Positions 57,076 through 64,000 of a DNA stretch of 64,000 nucleotides are shown one piece after another (the first letter of the stretch is position 1; each line of letters begins with the position of its first letter). The stretch comes from Eledone cirrhosa (taxonomy: Eukaryota): positions 142,290,001 through 142,354,000 of the forward strand of contig OZ024742.1 in assembly GCA_964016885.1 (NCBI GenBank), read 5' to 3'. The position numbers were made by a program, and so were the translations under genes. A model generated the notes under the pieces. It was not told the DNA's origin. It ran no database searches and worked only from the letters and a program-made list of their open reading frames with translations.

Positions 57076-57808
57076 CAGAGAGTTTTGGTGAATGAGTCTG
57101 GGATAGGAATTCTCCAGAAAAAACTTCAGTTTACTTTGTATTATAGAAATCCAGATCTGAGTTTCATATATGATATAAAATGGTTAGCAATAGATTCATT
57201 TGTTAGTTTTATACCAAAATAATCATTGTCTCACTATAATGTATATTAGTAAGAATGACAAGAACATGTTTATAACTTTGAGGAGTAAAACAATTATTAC
57301 AATTGAGAAGCACCATTTTTTTTTTTAGTTTTCCTAACGAATGATGATTTCATCTTTTGCTGATATACATTTAATAAACAGTGTGGCAGCCCTGAAATGT
57401 ATTGCCTGACTGTGGTGGTTGGCTCATCTTTTGGTAACAATTACCTGTACCTTAAAAAGAAAGTGTATGTGTGATTGTTTATGGCTATAGAGGGGTTCTT
57501 GCACATGGATAGGTTAGCCACCAATTACCATGCACAGTGCCAACATGATTAGTCTTAGTTCAGTTTATGCATATAGTGCATATGTTGTAAGTTGCACTTT
57601 TCATAATTTTTTGGCAGGGACTTTTTATTCCTGGTAGGAAGCCATTTCTATACCCAAACATTTTACAGAAAGTTTGTCTGACAGACATAAGACTCCTTTC
57701 GACACTATCAATTTTTAATTATAAATGCTGTCTTGGATATGTTTGCTTTAGACACATTTCTACTCTGTGAAGATTTATTTATTTGGACTTTCTACTGTCC
57801 TAAGTGGG

Positions 57809-57868
<60 letters not shown>

Positions 57869-58147
57869 TGTATGTATACACACACGCGCGTGCATGCAGT
57901 GCTAGGGAGGGCATCCAACTGTAGAAACCAAGCCCAAATCGGTTCTGTATGAGCAAGACATGGTCACCTGACCTGGCATTGCTCACAACAGGATAACTCG
58001 TCTAACCCATGCCAGCGTGGAAAACGGACGTTAAATGGAGATGATCATGATCATGATTTTATATATATACTTACAGTAAAGATTGACGCAATTCAATTCA
58101 AGCACTGAACGTACTTTTTCCACATAGGAATGACGAAGAATATTTAG

Positions 58148-58471
58148 AATAGGAAAATGCGAAGTAGTTTCAGATGTTAAAGTCCTTTGTTGATAAGGCT
58201 ATTTCAATGACGACAGTGACCACGCGATTCCGCGTACCCAGTGCCATGATCTCACCAGGCAGCTTCTTACATAATAAAGTTACGTTCTTGAGGCAATCCA
58301 AATTAAAACGTTTTAATTTGGATTGCCTCAAGAACGTAACTTTATTATGTAAGAAGCTGCCTGGTGAGATCATGGCACTGGGTACGCGGAATCGCGTGGT
58401 CACTGTCGTCATTGAAATAGCCTTATCAACAAAGGACTTTAACATCTGAAACTATTTCGCATTTTCTTATT
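58148..58471. mobile_element. Family C spacerless palindrome (162-bp arms) with degenerate HHRs
   Basis: Centre 58309/58310; identical ORFs on both strands; core reads CUGGUGA in both arms. Confidence 0.88.
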
Positions 58472-58933
58472 ATATATATATATAGGCACTGTTTAAGCAT
58501 AATAGGGGTGTATATGAAAGTATATACTATATCTTAAATTAATCATGTTTAGTCTAGTTTTAGATATTTAAAATGTCACCTTTGCTCTCATTTTTCAGTG
58601 CTAAGCACCGAGCATCACCAAACCTCTTCACGTTACTGGCGTAAGGATTGTCTGGTGGTCGGTTACAATTTACTTAGTTATTTTGTCCACGAAATCTGAT
58701 ATATTGCAGCCTGTTCAACCAGGGGTTTATTGTATCTTCCTCACACTAAATACTTTAAATAATGAATATTTGTGCACAATACATCATCTGTATTTATCGT
58801 CTGTGTCGTCATTATTTTCTAGTTTTTTTGTTTTTTTTCTGTGGGCGTAGCATGACCTACTGGCTAAAACATTCGCTTGTAATCATACAATTCTGGTATT
58901 ACTAGAAATTGTATAAGAATCAAACATTCATGA

Positions 58934-59026
58934 TTTTCAGCAAACAGGTGGAGTACTTGGCTTTGATAAGTACCAATCAGTACGAAATAGAGCTCTGTCA
59001 GCTTTATCTCCCTTGTTTGCTGAAAA
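58934..59026 (+). ncRNA. Extended type I hammerhead, U3-A8 core variant
   Basis: UUUUCAGCAAACAGGUGGAG(UACUU)GGCU-UUGAUAA-GUAC(CAAUCA)GUAC-GAA-AUAGAGCUCUGU-C-AGCU(UUAU)CUCCCUUGUUUGCUGAAAA. Confidence 0.75.
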
Positions 59027-59118
59027 TTTAAAGTAAGTGAGACTGTCACTACTAAGACAATAGCGTAAGGTCTTCGAAATGCTTTTAATTAAGTATACAT
59101 TCATATATATATATATAT

Positions 59119-59213
59119 ATAGGAACAAGTAGGACCCCGACGGCTGAGCTCAAGCCGTTTCGACGGCTAATTCTGGGCTTGAGCTCAGCCGTCGGGGTCC
59201 TACTCGTTCCTAT
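59119..59213. repeat. Short fold-back element (38-bp arms) related to 43265-43312
   Basis: Shared GAAACGGC..GAGCTCAGC.GTCGGGGTCCT..TTCCTAT tail ending at (TA)n. Confidence 0.7.
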
Positions 59214-59289
59214 TGCCCACTCTACTACCCTAAGTATTGAGTACTTTGGTACGTTATGGTCCACCTGGTTCCTTACCACATTTCCTTCG

Positions 59290-59357
<68 letters not shown>

Positions 59358-59377
59358 TATTCATTACACTTCATCAG

Positions 59378-59658
59378 AAAGCCTATAGTAGTGGAATTCA
59401 ACTATTCACTACGCGGTAGAATTCAGCATTTTTCTAGGTGCAATACTTACTTATGTTAATATACTCCGTGATCTCTTCTGGACCTATATACCATATTCGC
59501 CTGCTTGGATATTTATAGCATAAATATCCAAGCAGGCGAATATGGTATATAGGTCCAGAAGAGATCACGGAGTATATTAACATAAGTAAGTATTGCACCT
59601 AGAAAAATGCTGAATTCTACCGCGTAGTGAATAGTTGAATTCCACTACTATAGGCTTT
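59378..59658. repeat. Perfect palindrome, 139-bp arms, 3-nt loop
   Basis: 59378-59516 is the reverse complement of 59520-59658; loop AGC. Confidence 0.92.
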
Positions 59659-59771
59659 ATTTATTTATTTATGCTATACAATTCAAAGGATACCGTCGAG
59701 TCAAACTCTGGTAAGCAGCTTTCTTGTTTAAGCAATTCCTGATATTCATAAACAAAACCAACCTTATCTAC

Positions 59772-59830
<59 letters not shown>

Positions 59831-59907
59831 GAGTCCAGGGTTCAGTCGGAGGTAACCACAGTAAGTAAGTTATTCTATACATTAGTAGAGTGTAAACATC
59901 AAATTTA

Positions 59908-60013
59908 ATATAGAAATGGCTTCTTCAGGACTAGAACTGTTTCAATCAAAGAAAATCATCGGAAAAGCCCTTTGAATGAAACAGTTCTAGTCCTGTAGAA
60001 GCCATTTCTATAT
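59908..60013. mobile_element. Fold-back element related to the 21146 HHR, degenerate core
   Basis: GAAACAGTTCTAGTCCTG(T/A)AGAA in both arms; core on - reads CCGAUGA. Confidence 0.7.
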
Positions 60014-60846
60014 ATAGTAGGCAGTGTGCCAGTTTTATAATCTACAACAGATAGCAAATATGAAATTAGATCATTTTATTACTGACAACTATCTCAGCAG
60101 AAACAAATTTCTCTCTCTCGGATCTATTATGAAATAAATATATATTTAAAAAATACTTTTATCTATTATAATCTGATCTGTGACTCAAATGATAATTTTA
60201 CGTCATCGGAGAATATTGAAAACGATCTTCATTATAGAAAGATATTATTATAATGACACATTATAACAACAACAAACGCAGCATATGGGACAAAACACAC
60301 CGTTAAAAGAAACATTATATTTTTTAAGACCAGAGTATTTAATATCAACATAAAGGAAATAAAAAGAAAAGAGAAAAAATAAACCTCGAAAGCTTCTGAA
60401 CTTAACTTTCAAAATAAAATTCTTTAAAAAAAGGAGAAGAAAATATTTGAGATATGGTATTAGGAATTCTATTGAAGATTACAAGAATATTAGATAAGTA
60501 TACTTAGTAATACTGCTCGTAGATTCTTATCCAGTATAAACATAGCTAATGCACAGAAAATTTAACATTATTATCTTGTGGATTGGCAGTATCGGTAGAG
60601 GGTCGGACGCCATGCTTTGACGTATAGAGTTACGGCCCTTGCCATTCTGAGTTCAAATCCCGCCGAGGTTAACTTTGCCTTTCATCCTTACGGGGTCGAT
60701 AAAATAAAGTACCAGTAGTGTACTGGGATAATTGCTGGCCTTGTGCCAAAAGTAGAAATAATTATCTTAATACAAAAAATAAGGAATATTAAACATTTCG
60801 GAATGTCGGAGATATTTATAAATTATTGCATACAAATTATTATGGC

Positions 60847-61054
60847 AATCTTTCGTTTTAGGTACGTAAAATAAAACTTTGCGAATATGTTTAAATTTCA
60901 CTAAGTTTCGGTTTCCGTCAGTTTAAATATTATGGGTTAGAGCTAGAGTTAGGGTTATTATCCTTTGTGAGATATTCCTGTGAGATTTCGCTTCTTTTGA
61001 AATAAATTTTTGTTTTTCTGGATTTTTTTATTTACGTACCTAAAACGAAAGATT
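60847..61054. mobile_element. MITE-like element with ~30-bp TIRs and internal telomere-like GGGTTA units
   Basis: AATCTTTCGTTTTAGGTACGTAAA / TTTACGTACCTAAAACGAAAGATT; GGGTTAGAGCTAGAGTTAGGGTTA at ~60934-60957. Confidence 0.6.
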
Positions 61055-62617
61055 TGGCAGTATCGGTAGAGGGTCGGACGCCATGCTTTCCAGCATAGTT
61101 ACGTCCCTTTACGATCTGAGTTCAAATCCCGCCGAGGTTGACTTTGCCTTTCATCCTTACGGGGTCGATAAAATAAAGTACCAGTAATGCACTGGATAAT
61201 TGCTGGCCTTGTGCCTAAAGTAGAAACAATTATTATTATGCATTAACATAGTTAATTTAAATTTTAAAAATATACTTTATTATGTTAATTGAAGTTATAA
61301 ATTGTAAGTTAATATTTATTTTATAATTATGGTTCATGTACGAACAAGTAAACACCTGTAATGTAAAAATGTATTATTCAATATTTTATTACTAAGGATA
61401 ACGGAATTAAAGGTGTTTAATTATAGAAAATTTAAATATTACACTTCCCTAAAATAAGAAAATTATATTATTTATGTAGAATCATAAACGGTTCTTGAAA
61501 AACTATGAATAATTTTATGTGGGCAGCAAATAATTATTTTTTTATCTATGATTTAAAAGAGGTTATTATAAATTGCCATTACAAGAGCTTTGATAAAACG
61601 AAGATCAACCCTCGCTGTAAGGACTACATAGATTAAAAATTAACCAGCATAAACTACATCCTACCATAGAGTTGTATGAGGACTAAATATATTGTATGAG
61701 AAATGTAATGTACCTTTTTATTTTCATTTCTAAAAGACTGTAAGTGTGAATAGTACTATTTCTTAAACGAATTTGATGTGGTTCTTATATAACATTTGCA
61801 GTGGTTATCCTACATTTATACAATACATTCTCCTTTAGACAATGTCCATGAAGTGGGCAAATCTCAGGATTCTACAATTACACTTAAAACTAGTCGATCT
61901 GCTATTTGTAGTTAGTCTAGGTTCTAGTTTGTCATGTTGGGTAGATATGTGAGGGGTAGTGTACATCACTTTGGAATTTATTTTTAATATTTTAATTGCA
62001 TTTTTTAACTTATCTAAGAGATTTTGCTGTATAAACTTATCGTTAATTTAATCATTTTCACTCAAAAATAATTTAATTTTCTTATGGTTGCTAAAAGCTA
62101 TACTGGCAGCTAAATTAGGTGTTGCAAAATACAAAATCTTACTGTAGTTTTATTTATTACTGTATGGTGTCAATGTAGAGGTGGGAAAGTTTGGGGGGGG
62201 AGTGATATCGAAAAATAATTTTAGTAGATTAGATAATATTTGGATTCCAAAAGGAGAATTATACCAAGTATTTTTTTCCTTCTAGTTCGCTCATTAGTTG
62301 GTGCATGATATTAATTATTATTTGCATCATTTCTGCTTTCCACATTATCATACCTTGGACTAAGCAGGATTTATCTTATTAATATCTACACATAGGTTTC
62401 CGTCCTTCAAATTCTCCACTTCAGAGTTATTACCATTATTTAAATTTCAGTATCCAAATTTTGATGGGCCCCACTCTCTAGAATTCCCTTTACATGAAGA
62501 ATACGCCTTAGATAAAACCGCTCCAGAATTATCATATCTTCACTTACTATGTTACAGGTATGGGGACCTGGATTTTTTATTGCCTCTGAAATATGTTATT
62601 TTATCAGTGTAGCCGCT

Positions 62618-63480
62618 TCCTCCTCCTCCTCCTCCTCCTCCTCCTCTTCTTCTTCTTCTTCTTCTTCTTCTTCTTCTTCTTCTTCTTCTTCTTCTTCTTC
62701 TTCTTCTTCTTCTTCTTCTTCTTCTTCTTCTTCTTCGCCCACATATTCATGGGAGGGTAATGGAGGCAGAGTCCTCAGACTTGCCTTCCAGAAGGTCCTA
62801 TCAGAAGCAACCATCTCCAAGTGATCTGGCTGGATGCCCAAGTGAGACCAGCCAAGCTCATGGATGTTATCCATCCATCTTGCTAGTAGTCTACCTCTGG
62901 ATCTCCTGCCAGTTGGCCTTGCCTGTAAAGTATGTGATTCTTTTCTGAGACATTCTAACGACATGTCCTTAGTATCAGAGTTGTGATCACTCGATCTGGA
63001 GAAGTAGCATCTCTACCTGGAGTGACTCCCTGATCTCTGAGCTACACACCCTATCTAGTAACATTACTCTAAGAGCCCTTTGGGGGAACCCATTTTGGTT
63101 GCTTGTATTCGTGATTGTATTCTTTCTACCATTATCCAAGATTCATGACCATAGTAAAAAAGTAGGCCTGAACACCAAATTGAAGATAGCGAGTTCAGCT
63201 TTTACACCTACCTTCCTTTTTCTGATGACCAAGTACTGAAGCTGGCATATTACTGCACCAGCTCCTGCAATTCTTGCATCTAATTCAGCCTCCTGTCCTA
63301 CATAACTCGTACACATGGCCCCAAGATACTTAAACTTCTCCACATGCTTCAGTGGAACTCCATTCATAAGCAGAGTACACTGTGCAAGCTTCTTTGAGAG
63401 GACGAGTGTTTCAGTTTTCGCACCAGTTTTATTCCTGTCATGCAGCACTCAACAGTAAACCTATCAAATGCATGTCAGAA
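62618..63480 (-). mobile_element. Decayed RTE (Expander-like) LINE 3' end with (GAA)n/(GGA)n tail
   Basis: VEKFKYLGA, ELDARIAGA, RPTGRRSRGR..RWMDNI, DRTFWK. Confidence 0.8.
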
Positions 63481-63494
63481 ATCACCATCCAGCA

Positions 63495-64000
63495 AGTTAA
63501 GTAATACCATATCTAAGGCGGGTAAAATTCCAGAGATCCATGGACGAGTTCTCTCCAGCGGTCTCTGTCCCTCATTATCGCTGCCATGTCCTGCGTCTCC
63601 AACAGACCAGTGTCTGTCCTTAGGGCATCAACATACGTTAAACTTGGTCTTCCTCTTCCAGTGTGTCCATGTAGGGGCTCCCACAGGAGCACTGAGTGCA
63701 ATGTCAACTCTGGATGTCGGTGAGCATGTCCAGCTAACCTCAGTCTCCTCTGTGCCAAAGAAGGGACATCTCTCTAACACCAACAACTACAGGGGGATCT
63801 CACTGACGTCACTTGTGGAAAAGACCCTCAACAGGATGATTCTTAACAGGATCCAGCCTGAGATGGAGAAGAAGCTCAGGGACAACCAGAACGGCTTCAG
63901 AGAGGGAATATCAACCACCAGTCACATCCTGATGCTGAGGAGGATATTAGAGGGAGCTAGAGCAAAGTGCCTTCCTGCAGTCATGGTTTTCATTGACTTT
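63495..64000. mobile_element. RTEX/RTE-like LINE with internal inversion: C-terminal part on - (63513-63758), RT N-terminal part on + (63755-64000)
   Basis: On -: RRLRLAGH..RHPE...LLWEP.HG..GRGRP. On +: PKKGHLSNTNNYRGISLTS...DNQNGFREG...LRRILEG...VFIDF. Confidence 0.85.

Noticed and set aside
58170-58449. Identical 91-aa ORFs on both strands
   Set aside because: A consequence of the DNA palindrome; no coding evidence.
62549-62824. Poly-Ser/poly-Glu ORFs (also 48515-48850)
   Set aside because: Trinucleotide repeats; the 62618-62736 run is a LINE tail.

Overview
Eukaryotic, very AT-rich, repeat-dominated genomic DNA. The SINE families, RTE LINE with C2H2 fingers, huge (TA)n tracts and Grd-type receptor suggest an octopod cephalopod (inference). 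The only host gene I can support is the last two coding exons (M2-M3 and M4) of a Cys-loop GABA receptor subunit of the invertebrate Grd/alpha-like type (+ strand, 28974-29203 and 31292-31555, compatible splice phases). The upstream M1 exon was not found, so the first ~29 kb is probably one intron. The rest is transposon debris: several Penelope-like element (PLE) clades, an RLE-type R4/Dong-like LINE, RTE/RTEX and CRE-like LINE fragments, a non-autonomous Helitron, Tc1/mariner and hAT MITEs, about 25 copies of a Nin-domain SINE, other SINEs, microsatellites and a 118-bp higher-order minisatellite. The most striking unannotated signal is about a dozen minimal type I hammerhead ribozyme (HHR) motifs that I folded by eye. 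They include a U3-A8 core variant with covarying stems. They sit in short PLE-terminus-derived elements embedded in (TA)n, many of which are fold-back palindromes. Most ORFs in the supplied track are microsatellite translations.
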